Notes: generated by a model from the letters alone, not told the origin. A stretch of 64,000 nt of DNA from a bacterium (GCA_965216315.1 CBDCFN010000016.1:576001-640000); one strand, 5' to 3'. Counted from the stretch's first letter, positions 35,698 to 46,190 are shown. Made by a program: numbers and translations.

Positions 35698-37721
35698 TGC
35701 AGTTAACTCCTGAACAAGAATATGCAATTGCTTCGGCCGGTCAGGATATGGTGCTTTATGCGGCAGCCGGTTCGGGGAAAACCTTTGCATTGACGGAGAT
35801 GGTTGCCCATTTAATCCAAACTCAGGATGTATCTCCTGAAAATATAGTGGTTGTTACCTTTACGGAAAAAGCAGCTGATGAGCTCAAAGAACGTATTGTC
35901 GAACGCTTGTCTATCGATCGCGATGACCTTGCGGATAGTCCGATTGGTACCATCCATGCCTTTGCGACCCAATTGTTGCGTCAATATGGTCGTGCTCTGC
36001 CACGGGATTTTATCATCTGGGATGACTATCGGGCGTCTTTAGAGCGTAATCGAATTGTCCACCAAGAATTGCAATCGCGCCTTGCCAAGCCTTCAAAAGA
36101 TCTTGCGGCTTTAATGAGCGAATATGGTTGGAGGACGTTGGTGCGATTGATTTCCAATCAGCTTGCGATGCGCTGGAAGATGCAATCTTTAGAGAATAGC
36201 GTTTCAGACGCAGAACTGTGGCCAGCCTACCTCAAGCTTTACCGAGAAATGCAAAAGGCCTATTCAATGCACAAGCGCAGTCATGGGGCCCTTGATTTCG
36301 AGGATTTGGAGGAAGAGTCTTTGCACCTCTTGGAAGATGATTCCTTGTGCCGGCAACTTCAGCATCGTTATCGTTATATTTTTATCGATGAATATCAGGA
36401 TGTCAGCCCACCGCAGTATCAACTTATTCAGCGTCTTTATGCTAACGGTAAGAATCACCTTGCTATAGTGGGTGACCCACTTCAGTCAATATATCGTTTT
36501 CGTGGGGCTGAGGCTGCTCTTTTTCAGCAGACGCAAGCGGATCTTGTTGAACAGGGTGCCCGTCACTGTGAATTGATGCATAACTTTCGCACGGAAGCAG
36601 GGTTAATTGATAGCTTGAATATGATCTTTGCTTCGGTGTTCGGTTCTGAATATCATCCGATGAAGAGTCATCAGTCTGATTCCATCAAGGGCGAAGTGAC
36701 TCTCCTGAATATTTCTAAATCACGGACACTTTCCGAGCGGCGTGAGCTGGAGGCCGAGAATATTGTTGCTGAGCTCAAGAAGCAATTAGCTGCAGGTTAT
36801 CGTCCAGAGGATATAGCGATTTTGTTTAGAAGCCGCGCCGCCATGCCGGTTTACGAAGCGGCTCTGGAGATGGCAGGTATTCCCTATCAGTCGCAGCAGG
36901 GGGAATACTTGCTCGAGCAGCCTGAAATCATTGAGCACCTTAATGTTTTTCGCGTCTTGGTGAATCCTCAGGATGAAATTGCCATGGCGGGTGTGTTGCG
37001 CTCATCACTTGTGGGGCTATCCGACCAGGCACTCATGGAGGTGCGTCGAAAGCAAGGTGATTTGGCTGAAAAGGACTTGTGGTCTGCTTTTCAGCACTGG
37101 TGGTCCGGTCTTGTCGCGGAAGCTCCATATCTGAAGGCGTCGGAGGTGGCTCACCGAATTTTTCAGCGTGCGCGAGAACGTGGGTATTATAAGGATGGAT
37201 CGGCACGACGTTGTACTAAGCAATGGATTGCGTTCTTGGAGTGGATGGAGGAAATCGATCCTTTTGAACTGGCGGACCTTCTTGAAGTTGTTGAAGGTTT
37301 TCGTGAGGATGGGGCACGTATTATGACTCAACAGGATGAGTATGAGAATAAAGAGGCCGTCCAACTCATGACGGTACATGCGGCAAAGGGCTTAGAGTTT
37401 CCGGTAGTTGCCGTTGCTGATTTGACGACGACTATCCCCAGTCCTCGTGACCCTATTTTAATTGATGCAAACCAGGGCGTAGGGATGCGTCACCTCGATC
37501 CCGAAGCGCAAGGACTACGTGATCAGATGGTTGATACGGAGGGTTATACTCGAGTCAAAGAGTTTATTAGAGAACAGGAGCTACAAGAGAGCCGGCGCCT
37601 GCTTTATGTGGCCTGTACAAGGGCGAAAGATTTGCTTATTCTAGCCCTGGACCGGAATCGAAAGGAAAAATCGCCAACTTGGAACAAGTGGCTGTGTGAG
37701 GCGTTAACTTGTGATGAATGA
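35697..37721 (+). CDS. UvrD/AddA-like superfamily 1 helicase
   Basis: LTPEQ, AAAGSGKT, TFTEKAA, IDEYQD, VGDPLQSIYRFRGA, MTVHAAKGLEF and LLYVACTRAK; TAATG stop/start overlap at 35695-35699. Confidence 0.9.
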   Translation: MQLTPEQEYAIASAGQDMVLYAAAGSGKTFALTEMVAHLIQTQDVSPENIVVVTFTEKAADELKERIVERLSIDRDDLADSPIGTIHAFATQLLRQYGRALPRDFIIWDDYRASLERNRIVHQELQSRLAKPSKDLAALMSEYGWRTLVRLISNQLAMRWKMQSLENSVSDAELWPAYLKLYREMQKAYSMHKRSHGALDFEDLEEESLHLLEDDSLCRQLQHRYRYIFIDEYQDVSPPQYQLIQRLYANGKNHLAIVGDPLQSIYRFRGAEAALFQQTQADLVEQGARHCELMHNFRTEAGLIDSLNMIFASVFGSEYHPMKSHQSDSIKGEVTLLNISKSRTLSERRELEAENIVAELKKQLAAGYRPEDIAILFRSRAAMPVYEAALEMAGIPYQSQQGEYLLEQPEIIEHLNVFRVLVNPQDEIAMAGVLRSSLVGLSDQALMEVRRKQGDLAEKDLWSAFQHWWSGLVAEAPYLKASEVAHRIFQRARERGYYKDGSARRCTKQWIAFLEWMEEIDPFELADLLEVVEGFREDGARIMTQQDEYENKEAVQLMTVHAAKGLEFPVVAVADLTTTIPSPRDPILIDANQGVGMRHLDPEAQGLRDQMVDTEGYTRVKEFIREQELQESRRLLYVACTRAKDLLILALDRNRKEKSPTWNKWLCEALTCDE

Positions 37722-39135
37722 TGAAATCAAAAAAATACTTCGCTCGTCCGGGTATCCGGATCGCGCTGAATTTGAGTGGATTGAGTTTGAGAAGGCCTAC
37801 CAGCGCGAGGTGAGGGCTGAATTGCCTAACAATGAGTGGCTTGGCCATTTGGCTAAACTGTTTGGGCGTTCGTTTTACCTCACGAGCTACCTCATCAAGC
37901 ATCCTGATCTGGCAAAGCGCTTTTTTCAGACGGATTTTTTAACCAAGCCGAAAAGCTATGATCGGTTTATAGAAGAATTGTCAGCAATTGTGGAACCTAT
38001 CAGTAGTGATATCGCTGCTACCGAACGTGCCTTACGCCATTATCGTTATGAAGAGACTTTACGCTATACCGTCCGTGATATTGCTGGCTTAGGTGACTTT
38101 GTCGAATTGGGATACGAACGTTCCAACTTGGCAGCGGCCTGCATTGAAGTGGCATATCAAGTAATCAATGAAAAACTAAGAAGCGAGTATGGGCTGCCCG
38201 TAGATGAAGAAGACAATCAGGAGTCGCGTTTTTCGGTTTTAGGGATGGGTAAACTAGGTGGTGGAGATCTCAACTATAGTTCTGACATTGATTTAATTTA
38301 TTTATATTCCTCAGATAAAGGCGGCTTTGATTTAGAAGGCGCGGAACATGATCTGTCGCATCATCAATACTTTGTTCGTTTAGGCGAGATGTTAGCAAAA
38401 GTGCTATCGGATCGGACTCAGGATGGCTTTGTCTATCGAGTTGACCTCGATTTACGCCCAGAGGGAATTAAAGGGACTTTGGCGAACTCGATTGAAGCCA
38501 TGGAGGTCTATTACGAATCATTCGGGGATAATTGGGAGCGTATGGCCCTGACTAAAGCCAGGCCTGTAGCAGGAGATCAGGCCTTAGGGATGGACTTATT
38601 ACAGCGAGTGCGTCCTTTCATTTATCCTCGAACTTCCGATTATACCACGGTGGAACAAGTTCATGATCTGAAGAATAGAATTGAACAATCCTTAGATGCA
38701 CGGATTGTCGGAGAGGTAAACCCGCAACGACCAGGTTATAATGTTAAATTAGGAATCGGTGGGATTCGTGAGATTGAATTCATTGTAGGCGCATTTCAAA
38801 GGCTTTATGGCGGCCGTGAGAAGGAAATTCAAGACAGACATACATTGACGGTTTTAAGTAAGCTCGCAGATAAAGAGCTGATGAGTGAGAAAGATGCGCA
38901 GAGCTTAGCAATGGCCTATCAATTTTTGCGCTCCGTGGAAAATCGCTTGCAGATGCTAGAGGATCGTCAGACCCATTCATTGCCCAAGAATAAAGAGGAG
39001 CTTGAAGCCTTTGTGTGTAATCTTCAGTATGATACGGAAGGTGATAATCAGTTAAGCATGGACCGTTTCTATGAGAATATATCTATCCATACGGAGCAGG
39101 TGCGCCGCTCCTTCGAGAGTTTATTGAAAAAATGA
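37711..39135 (+). CDS. glnE: Glutamine synthetase adenylyltransferase GlnE, N-terminal half
   Basis: GMGKLGGGDLNYSSDIDL, YRVDLDLRPEG, WERMALTKAR and NVKLGIGGIREIEF. Confidence 0.85.
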   Translation: MMNDEIKKILRSSGYPDRAEFEWIEFEKAYQREVRAELPNNEWLGHLAKLFGRSFYLTSYLIKHPDLAKRFFQTDFLTKPKSYDRFIEELSAIVEPISSDIAATERALRHYRYEETLRYTVRDIAGLGDFVELGYERSNLAAACIEVAYQVINEKLRSEYGLPVDEEDNQESRFSVLGMGKLGGGDLNYSSDIDLIYLYSSDKGGFDLEGAEHDLSHHQYFVRLGEMLAKVLSDRTQDGFVYRVDLDLRPEGIKGTLANSIEAMEVYYESFGDNWERMALTKARPVAGDQALGMDLLQRVRPFIYPRTSDYTTVEQVHDLKNRIEQSLDARIVGEVNPQRPGYNVKLGIGGIREIEFIVGAFQRLYGGREKEIQDRHTLTVLSKLADKELMSEKDAQSLAMAYQFLRSVENRLQMLEDRQTHSLPKNKEELEAFVCNLQYDTEGDNQLSMDRFYENISIHTEQVRRSFESLLKK

Positions 39136-40274
39136 CTTTGTGGCAGCAAGAACTGGAACGATATGAAAACTTGTGTGCGGAAATCGAAGCATCGGTGCAG
39201 TTAGCACTGAAGGATTGCGATGAACGGGAAGAGTTCATGGATACTCTCCGGGTTTTTAAACAGGAACGCAATGAAAAGCTCATTAAGGATTACAAGGAAG
39301 GGGAATTGCCCCTGGAGAAAATGATGTTTTCATTGACGGCCCTTGCCGAGACCTGTCTGCAAGCAGCCTACTTATTTGAAAGTCATGAGATAAAGAAGAT
39401 TTATGGATTGCCCAATAGCCATTTTCATATGGTTGCAATGGGTAAATTCGGCGGTTGTGAGATGACTGTCCAGTCTGACCTAGACTTGATATTTCTTTTT
39501 GCGGAGCCGGCCAAGACAACCGGTCCTAAAGTGATTACCAATCAGGAGTATTTTGCGCGCTTGGTACAACGAGTGATATCTAATGTTTCATTGATGACGC
39601 GCCGTGGTCGTGCGTATCAGGTAGATGCTGAGTTGAGACCTTCCGGGCGCGCGGGTATACTCGTCTCCTCATGGAAGTCATTTGAAGAGTATCATCAACG
39701 CGATGCGCGTATCTGGGAAAAACAAGCGCTATTGAGGGCGCGGCCGATTGAGCCGGAGGTAGCGGTGCGCCGTCATGTCCATGATAAGCTGCATGCCCAG
39801 CTATGGAACCGCACTTATGGAGCGAATATTGCCGAAGATATACTCGAACTTCGTCAAAAGATGGAGAAGGAGTTAGCGAAGGAAGGTGACAGTCACTATA
39901 ATATCAAGGTCGGGCCAGGGGGTATCGTCGATATTGAATTTGCAGTTCAGTATCTGCAGCTCAGGCATGGAGGGCAGTGTGAGGCCGTTCGCGCTCCGCA
40001 TACTTTGACTGGCCTGAGGGCGCTCGCCGCTGAAGGCATTTTAGCTGAAAAGTCGGCGGAAGAGCTGGAGTCAGCTTATCTTTTTTATCGCCGGGTCGAG
40101 ACAGCCTTAAGGCAGTTGCAGGGACGAGCCGTATCGCTGGTCCCTTGTAAGGCAGGTGATGACTTGCAGGCCCTCGCCGATTTTCTTAAGGAAGACCCAG
40201 TCGATTTGGTCAGAAAATATGAGACTTTGCGGCAAGAAGTGCGTCAGAGCTATATAAAGGTACTCCAGTCATGA
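39132..40274 (+). CDS. glnE: Glutamine synthetase adenylyltransferase GlnE, C-terminal half
   Basis: AMGKFGGCEMTVQSDLDL, VDAELRPSG, WEKQALLRAR and GGIVDIEFAVQYLQL. Confidence 0.85.
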   Translation: MTLWQQELERYENLCAEIEASVQLALKDCDEREEFMDTLRVFKQERNEKLIKDYKEGELPLEKMMFSLTALAETCLQAAYLFESHEIKKIYGLPNSHFHMVAMGKFGGCEMTVQSDLDLIFLFAEPAKTTGPKVITNQEYFARLVQRVISNVSLMTRRGRAYQVDAELRPSGRAGILVSSWKSFEEYHQRDARIWEKQALLRARPIEPEVAVRRHVHDKLHAQLWNRTYGANIAEDILELRQKMEKELAKEGDSHYNIKVGPGGIVDIEFAVQYLQLRHGGQCEAVRAPHTLTGLRALAAEGILAEKSAEELESAYLFYRRVETALRQLQGRAVSLVPCKAGDDLQALADFLKEDPVDLVRKYETLRQEVRQSYIKVLQS

Positions 40275-41557
40275 TACTCAACAAGATGCATCAACAACTT
40301 ATGGCAAAAAAGTCTGCAGTCGATGATTGGATGCAGGTGAGGCTTTTTAGTTTGGAAGCGCCGATTTATAGCTCGGCGGATATTCGCCATGCAGGCTATA
40401 AAATGGCGGTTGTCGATACTAATTTATTTCCAGCCGGGTTTAATAACCTCTGTGAAACTTTTTCGAAAAGAGCAGGTGAAGTTTTAAAAAATACTTTGAG
40501 CCGCCTTGGTTTAGTGCAGCCAACAGTTCTTATTCTTCCGGAAGCCCATACGCGGAATGAATTTTACTGGAATAACATTGTGGCGCTGCAGGAAATTATA
40601 GGTCGAGCCGGTGCGGAGTCAGTGATTGGAAGCTACGAGGAGATTGGGATCGATCTACCTTCTCAGGTACAGGGCCTTGATAATGTCGTTTTGAAAGTAT
40701 TGCCGGTTGAGCGACGTGAAAATGAAATTTTTGTGGGGTCGTTGAAGCCTGATTTAGTTCTTCTTAATAATGATTTTAGCCATCGTTTTCCGGAGGAATT
40801 ATGTGGCATTGAGCAGCCTGTTATGCCCTCGCCCGCTTTAGGGTGGCATCAACGTCAGAAATCAGATCATTTTGATATTTATGAGGAGCTCATGGGCGAG
40901 TTTGCCGAGGTCCTCGAAATGGACCCTTGGTTTTTAAATCCATTGATGACGACAGCGCGCGAGATTGATATTCATGAAGAAACATCTCGCGGGCAATTAC
41001 GTGATGCGGTAGATTCTTTGATCGCGCAAATTCGATCCAAGCATGAACAACATGGAATCTCGGCAGAACCTTATGTGTTTATCAAGGATAATTCCGGGAC
41101 TTACGGGATGGGAATTACACACGTGACAAGCGGTCAGCAGGTTCTTGAACTAGGGCGACGCAAACGCAATAAGATGGCGGCCGGTAAAGGACGACCCGAG
41201 GTGTCTGATTTTATCATCCAGGAAGGGCTTGAGACCGTCCAATCTTATGAGGGAATGCCTCTGGAGCCGGTATTTTACCTCATTGACGGCAAACCGATTG
41301 GTAATTTTTTTCGCATCCATGGAGACAAGACGCCACGAGATAACTTGAATTCGAAGGGGATGAGCTTTAATTGCCTCTGTTCTCATCAAATTGAATCGCC
41401 ATCCGGCGTTGTTGATATCAATTGTGATTCAATGGATGAGCTAAGGACGGTCGGTGGTGTGCTGGCGCAAATTGCTACTTATGCGGCGAGTCTTGAGTTA
41501 GTTGATATTAAGAAGAAGCTGGTTGAACCCGGAACAGCCGTTAAGGGGTGTCTTTAG
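40271..41557 (+). CDS. gshA: Glutamate--cysteine ligase (betaproteobacterial/Acidithiobacillus-type GshA)
   Basis: YSSADIRHAGYKMAVVDTNLFPAGFNNL, LLNND, GWHQRQKSDHF and GTYGMGI. Confidence 0.85.
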   Translation: MILNKMHQQLMAKKSAVDDWMQVRLFSLEAPIYSSADIRHAGYKMAVVDTNLFPAGFNNLCETFSKRAGEVLKNTLSRLGLVQPTVLILPEAHTRNEFYWNNIVALQEIIGRAGAESVIGSYEEIGIDLPSQVQGLDNVVLKVLPVERRENEIFVGSLKPDLVLLNNDFSHRFPEELCGIEQPVMPSPALGWHQRQKSDHFDIYEELMGEFAEVLEMDPWFLNPLMTTAREIDIHEETSRGQLRDAVDSLIAQIRSKHEQHGISAEPYVFIKDNSGTYGMGITHVTSGQQVLELGRRKRNKMAAGKGRPEVSDFIIQEGLETVQSYEGMPLEPVFYLIDGKPIGNFFRIHGDKTPRDNLNSKGMSFNCLCSHQIESPSGVVDINCDSMDELRTVGGVLAQIATYAASLELVDIKKKLVEPGTAVKGCL

Positions 41558-41941
41558 CTATTCAGCATAGGAGCGTTCCATTTGCTCCTGTTCCTCTTTG
41601 CAGAGGATGCACATATCAGTCACGGGACGGGCTTCAAGGCGTTTCACTTCAATCACCTCTCCGCAGTTCTCACACTGGCCATAGGTGCCGGCCTCGATTT
41701 TTTCCAATGCTTTATCTATTTTGCGAAGCAGCACACGCTCCCGGTCCCGAAGCATCAGGTTCATCGCCTGACCCGATTCTGTGGTAGCCAGATCGACTTC
41801 ATCGGGAAGGTCCTCGCGGGTGAAGCCGATGCCTTGCTGGCGCGATTCGTTGACGAGTTCGCTGAGCTCATCGCGTCGAGTCTCTAAGAGCGTTTTTAAC
41901 TTGGTCAGGTCTTTTTTTGTGAGTTTTTTTGCCTTAGCCAT
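41558..41941 (-). CDS. dksA: RNA polymerase-binding factor DksA (C4 zinc finger)
   Basis: DEVDLA coiled-coil tip; YGQCENCG..I..KRLEARP...CILCKE; GAGGGA RBS before ATG 41941. Confidence 0.9.
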   Translation of the reverse strand: MAKAKKLTKKDLTKLKTLLETRRDELSELVNESRQQGIGFTREDLPDEVDLATTESGQAMNLMLRDRERVLLRKIDKALEKIEAGTYGQCENCGEVIEVKRLEARPVTDMCILCKEEQEQMERSYAE

Positions 41942-41965
41942 ATCTCCCTCAGTTCCGAGCAAGCC

Positions 41966-41994
41966 GTTATGATGACTGGGCTGAATTTTGTCAA
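41966..41994 (-). promoter_or_regulatory. Sigma-70-type promoter candidate for dksA
   Basis: Minus strand TTGACA-17 nt-CATAAC. Confidence 0.5.
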
Positions 41995-42035
41995 TCTCTA
42001 TTTGATTGCGTAATAATCTATTATGACATAATCAA

Positions 42036-42338
42036 GTGGAAATGGAGAAAAAATCTGAAGGGCTGGTGGGCCTGGGCGAAATATTGGGGCAGCGCGTCAT
42101 AGCCAAGCGGCAGCCCGTGCTAACCCTGCTAGATCTAGTGAAAAAATGGCCGGAAATCGTCGGTACCTACGTCGCGAAACAGGCCTTTCCGAATCGCCTG
42201 CAACAGGCAACCCTCGTGGTCCAGGCGATCTCGCCGATTTGGGCCCAAGAACTCCAGATGATGGCGCCTCGGCTCTTGGAGGCTATCGACGAGCACTGCC
42301 CGCATTTGAATGTAAAAAGACTGCGCTTCGTTTCTTAA
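42036..42338 (+). CDS. DUF721/DciA-family protein
   Basis: WPEIVG..VA...P..L....LVV...SPIWAQEL pattern. Confidence 0.8.
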   Translation: MEMEKKSEGLVGLGEILGQRVIAKRQPVLTLLDLVKKWPEIVGTYVAKQAFPNRLQQATLVVQAISPIWAQELQMMAPRLLEAIDEHCPHLNVKRLRFVS

Positions 42339-42422
42339 TAGGGGCTTGCGTCTGATCAGCGTCTCTGACGCCCCAAGTGCCGAGAGCTCTGCGATCGGCT
42401 GCCTCCTGTTCGCTAACAGAGA

Positions 42423-43736
42423 CTAATCAATCAAGTTAATTACGAGACCTGTTGGAAGTTTTGGATAAAAGTAAGTTGTTTTGGGCGGCATGAACTGACC
42501 CGCTTCGGCAACCGTGCGAATTTGCGCAAGCGGGGATGCATTCATGATGATGCCGACTTGGGCATCGGGTTCGTGGATGCGCTTGAGAAAGTCTTTTCCC
42601 GACTTCATGTAGTTGATGTAGTCTGTGTTTTCTTGGTCGAGTGCCGTGTAGCCGAGAAAACTTTCGAGAAAGACTTTGTGCAGAATCGCGGCATCAAGTG
42701 ATTTGAGCGGTTCGTCAACTATTTGCAAGGCGGGAATCTGGTTGAGTTGAGTACTTTCAATCGAGGCGATATAGCGCTTGGTATCGCCTTGGAGTGAAAT
42801 ACCGAAGACATGTTTGTTGGCTGCGGCTGATTGCGAAACACGGTCAAACCAATCCTCATCACTGATATCAGTCAACTCTTCTACAGCAAAAAAATCGCGG
42901 ACTTTAGCTAAAAAATCACCGGCTGAAAAATCGGGTCGGTGATGGGCGACACGATGGGTCGGAAGGACGAGCAAGCCGGGATCCTCTACTTCCTCACAGA
43001 ACATCAGCACATAGCCGGCAAGTTCGTTTGGCTGGTTATCTTTACGCCATTGTGCGTAAGCAAGCGCCGTTTCGTAGCGATGATGGCCGTCGGCGATTAG
43101 AAACGGGCTGTCTTGAACCGCGTTCTGTAATGATTGAATCCAAGTCTGATCGGTGACTTGCCAAAGACGGTGCTGTTGGCCGCTATCATCTTTGATGTCA
43201 AAAAGGGGATTGGTTTCTACAGCTTGTTTCATTAGTTGCGCGGCGGCTCCGGACTCATCGCGGAAGAGAGCAAAGATCGGACTCATCTGAGTGGAGGTTG
43301 CCTTCATGAGTGCAAGCCGGTCTTTCTTGGGGCCTGCCAAGGTCTTTTCGTGTGGGAAAACCTTACCCGCGCCAAAGGCTTCAAGGCGGCGCAGGGCGTA
43401 GAAGCCGCGACGTGTAAAACGCTGTCCGTCGGGCGCTGTAAATATTTGCTCATAGACGTAGATTCCCGTTTGGGGATCACGCGCGAGGACTCCCTTGTCT
43501 TGCCAGGCTTGATAATCGCTGGCGGCCTTAGCGTAACGTTGTTCAGTCGGTTGACCGCTTCCTTCCTGAGTCACATCCAGCCAGGCGATATTGTAAGCAC
43601 TTTTATCATAGAGGGCTTTTTGTTGTTCAGGTCCGATGACGTCATAGGGTGGCGCGATGACATCCGCTAGATTATCTATTGAGGTCAGGTTGTAGCGGAG
43701 TGCTTGAAAGGGGAGTATTGTCTCTTGCTTCGTCAT
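42423..43736 (-). CDS. DUF1015 family protein
   Basis: PFQALRY, APPYDVI, PHEKT, IADGHHRYETA and MPPKTTYFYPKLPTGL. Confidence 0.88.
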   Translation of the reverse strand: MTKQETILPFQALRYNLTSIDNLADVIAPPYDVIGPEQQKALYDKSAYNIAWLDVTQEGSGQPTEQRYAKAASDYQAWQDKGVLARDPQTGIYVYEQIFTAPDGQRFTRRGFYALRRLEAFGAGKVFPHEKTLAGPKKDRLALMKATSTQMSPIFALFRDESGAAAQLMKQAVETNPLFDIKDDSGQQHRLWQVTDQTWIQSLQNAVQDSPFLIADGHHRYETALAYAQWRKDNQPNELAGYVLMFCEEVEDPGLLVLPTHRVAHHRPDFSAGDFLAKVRDFFAVEELTDISDEDWFDRVSQSAAANKHVFGISLQGDTKRYIASIESTQLNQIPALQIVDEPLKSLDAAILHKVFLESFLGYTALDQENTDYINYMKSGKDFLKRIHEPDAQVGIIMNASPLAQIRTVAEAGQFMPPKTTYFYPKLPTGLVINLID

Positions 43737-44380
43737 GAAATCTCACTTTCTGCGAACAGTTCAAATATATCTTCGGCAGCGATATCGCCTTCACGGATAA
43801 TGACAAGTTTTTCTTCCGATGCATCAACAACGGTTGATCCGCGACTTGGCAAAAGTTCGCCACAGTCTGCAATTAAATCAATTTTTTCAGCGAAATAGTT
43901 CTGTACATGTTTGATGCTGAATGAAGGGGGGAATCCCGCCAAATTGGCACTCGTTGTCGTGAGCGGCTTGCCCAGGCCCGCTGTAATCGCTCGGGCCACG
44001 GGATGTGAAGAGGCGCGGATGCCTATCTTACCGGTATTGGTGGTCAGGGCCTTTGAGATGACAGCATTGGTCGGGAATAAAATCGTGAGGGGGCCCGGCC
44101 AGTATTTTTCTATAAGCGGTTCTACTTGGGGAGGGATTTCCCGAACAACGTCCTTGAGCATATCAACATCTGAGACGATTACGGCGATTGGATTTCCATA
44201 ATCCCGCCTTTTAAGGTCGAAAAGACGTTTAATTGCGTAGTCGTTGGTGACATCGACACCCAAGCCGTAAAAAGTCTCGGTGGGATATGCGGTGATAGCT
44301 CCTTGGCGGATTGCTCCGGTGATTTCATCGATGAGGCTTTTGTCGATGTTGTCCGGATCAATCGAAAGAATGCGACTCAT
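43733..44380 (-). CDS. tsaC: Threonylcarbamoyl-AMP synthase (Sua5/YrdC)
   Basis: YPTETFYGLG, LKRR, WPGPLT, TSANLAG and STVVD. Confidence 0.92.
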   Translation of the reverse strand: MSRILSIDPDNIDKSLIDEITGAIRQGAITAYPTETFYGLGVDVTNDYAIKRLFDLKRRDYGNPIAVIVSDVDMLKDVVREIPPQVEPLIEKYWPGPLTILFPTNAVISKALTTNTGKIGIRASSHPVARAITAGLGKPLTTTSANLAGFPPSFSIKHVQNYFAEKIDLIADCGELLPSRGSTVVDASEEKLVIIREGDIAAEDIFELFAESEIS

Positions 44381-44883
44381 GAAGACTGAACTTTCTCATT
44401 CTGTGAGATGACTTTATCGGCAAGGCTCTTGCGATAATCAGCTAATTTTTGGGCAAGATCCGCATTATCATTTGCGAGTATCTGTACAGCAAAAAGCCCG
44501 GCATTACGTGCCCCTGATTTGCCAATGGCCATGGTGGCGACAGGAATGCCGCCAGGCATTTGGACCGTGGCTAATAAGGAGTCCAGCCCCTTCAGTGCGG
44601 ATGAATCGATGGGGACGCCGATGATCGGGAGTGTTGTATTGGCGGCGAGTACCCCCGCTAAATGAGCGGCATGTCCAGCCCCGGCGATTATGACTTTTAA
44701 CCCCCGGTCACGTGCACTCGTGGCGTAGTCATGGGTTTGATTCGGGGTGCGATGGGCACTTGAGATGACAATCTCATTGCCGATGCCAAATTCTTCGAGT
44801 ATTTTGACGGCCTCTTGCATGATCGGTAGATCTGATTCGCTGCCCATTAAAATGCCGACCTGTGGGTTGTTTGAATGAGTCAT
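44377..44883 (-). CDS. purE: N5-CAIR mutase
   Basis: GILMGSESD, SAHRTP, IAGAGHAAHLAG and VQMPGGIPVAT; start reassigned to ATG 44883. Confidence 0.96.
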   Translation of the reverse strand: MTHSNNPQVGILMGSESDLPIMQEAVKILEEFGIGNEIVISSAHRTPNQTHDYATSARDRGLKVIIAGAGHAAHLAGVLAANTTLPIIGVPIDSSALKGLDSLLATVQMPGGIPVATMAIGKSGARNAGLFAVQILANDNADLAQKLADYRKSLADKVISQNEKVQSS

Positions 44884-44884
44884 G

Positions 44885-46138
44885 TTAAGTTCCGATGTCC
44901 TTTCTATAGTAGCAGCCTTTCCACTGAATTTTTTCAATCGCGGCATAGGCTTTAGTTCGCGCTTCAGTACGGTCTTGTCCTAATGCGGTGACGCCGAGGA
45001 CACGGCCTCCATTCGTAACGATTTGTCCATTTTCTTGCTTGGTGCCCGCGTGAAACACGATGACATCGGCATCATTAATGCTATCAAGGCCCGCGATGAC
45101 ATCGCCCCTGCGATAAGCGCCGGGGTATCCCTCACTGGACATAACGACGCAGAGCGCATGCCGCGCATCCCATTGGAGCGGCGTTTCACGAAGCGCTCCT
45201 GCATGAGTGGCTTCCAATATATCAATAAGGTCTGTTTTGAGTCGTGGCAATATCACCTGGGCCTCCGGGTCACCAAAACGGACGTTAAACTCAAGGACCT
45301 GGGGGCCGTCCTCGGTTAACATCAAGCCGGTATAGAGTATGCCTTTGAATGGGGAGCCTTGAGCCCGCATTCCATCAATGACCGGTTGAACGATTTCATT
45401 AATGATCTTCGTGCGGAGGTCTTGATTTAACGTGTCGGTGGGACAGAAGGTCCCCATGCCGCCCGTGTTGGGGCCCTTGTTCCCTTCAAAGATTGGTTTG
45501 TGGTCTTGGGCGGGCTCCAGGGGGAGAACTGCGGTCCCATCTGAAAAGACGAGAAAACTGGCCTCGACACCTTCAAGGCAATCTTCAACGAGGACTTCTT
45601 TACCGGCATCACCGAAAGTCTTTTTGATGAAAATTTCGTCCAATGCCTGCATGACATCCGCTTCAGTTTGACAAACAAAGACCCCTTTGCCGGCGGCGAG
45701 TCCGTCAGCCTTAATAACTTGCGGCAGACCACGTTCATCAATGTAGCTCCGCACGGAATTCGCGTCCGTAAAGACTTCGAAGGCGGCCGTTGGTATCCCG
45801 TGCTCGGCCATAAAACGCTTAGAAAAAATCTTGGAACCCTCGAGCTGGGCGGCCGCCGCTTCCGGGCCAAAGACTTTGAGATTGGCATCTCGAAAACGGT
45901 CGACAATTCCGGCGCAAAGGGGGGCTTCGGGGCCGACGACGGTCCAGTCGATGCCTTCGCGTTGGGCAAATTCGAGGAGCTTCTCGATCTCCTCGGCCCC
46001 GATGGGGATGCATTCGCCCAGTTGCGCCATGCCCGGGTTGCCGGGAGCCGCAAAAAGTTGAGTGATTTTAGGGCTTTGAGAGAGCTTCCAGGCCAGGGTA
46101 TGTTCGCGGCCACCGCCGCCGATGACGAGTACTTTCAT
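44885..46138 (-). CDS. purD: Phosphoribosylamine--glycine ligase
   Basis: GGGGREH, VGPEAPL, KADGLAAGKGV, GPNTGGMG and EFNVRFGDPE. Confidence 0.97.
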   Translation of the reverse strand: MKVLVIGGGGREHTLAWKLSQSPKITQLFAAPGNPGMAQLGECIPIGAEEIEKLLEFAQREGIDWTVVGPEAPLCAGIVDRFRDANLKVFGPEAAAAQLEGSKIFSKRFMAEHGIPTAAFEVFTDANSVRSYIDERGLPQVIKADGLAAGKGVFVCQTEADVMQALDEIFIKKTFGDAGKEVLVEDCLEGVEASFLVFSDGTAVLPLEPAQDHKPIFEGNKGPNTGGMGTFCPTDTLNQDLRTKIINEIVQPVIDGMRAQGSPFKGILYTGLMLTEDGPQVLEFNVRFGDPEAQVILPRLKTDLIDILEATHAGALRETPLQWDARHALCVVMSSEGYPGAYRRGDVIAGLDSINDADVIVFHAGTKQENGQIVTNGGRVLGVTALGQDRTEARTKAYAAIEKIQWKGCYYRKDIGT

Positions 46139-46190
46139 GGAAGGCCTGATCTAACGCGTCAGGACGAGGAAAACAAGTGGGGGGCCGAAA

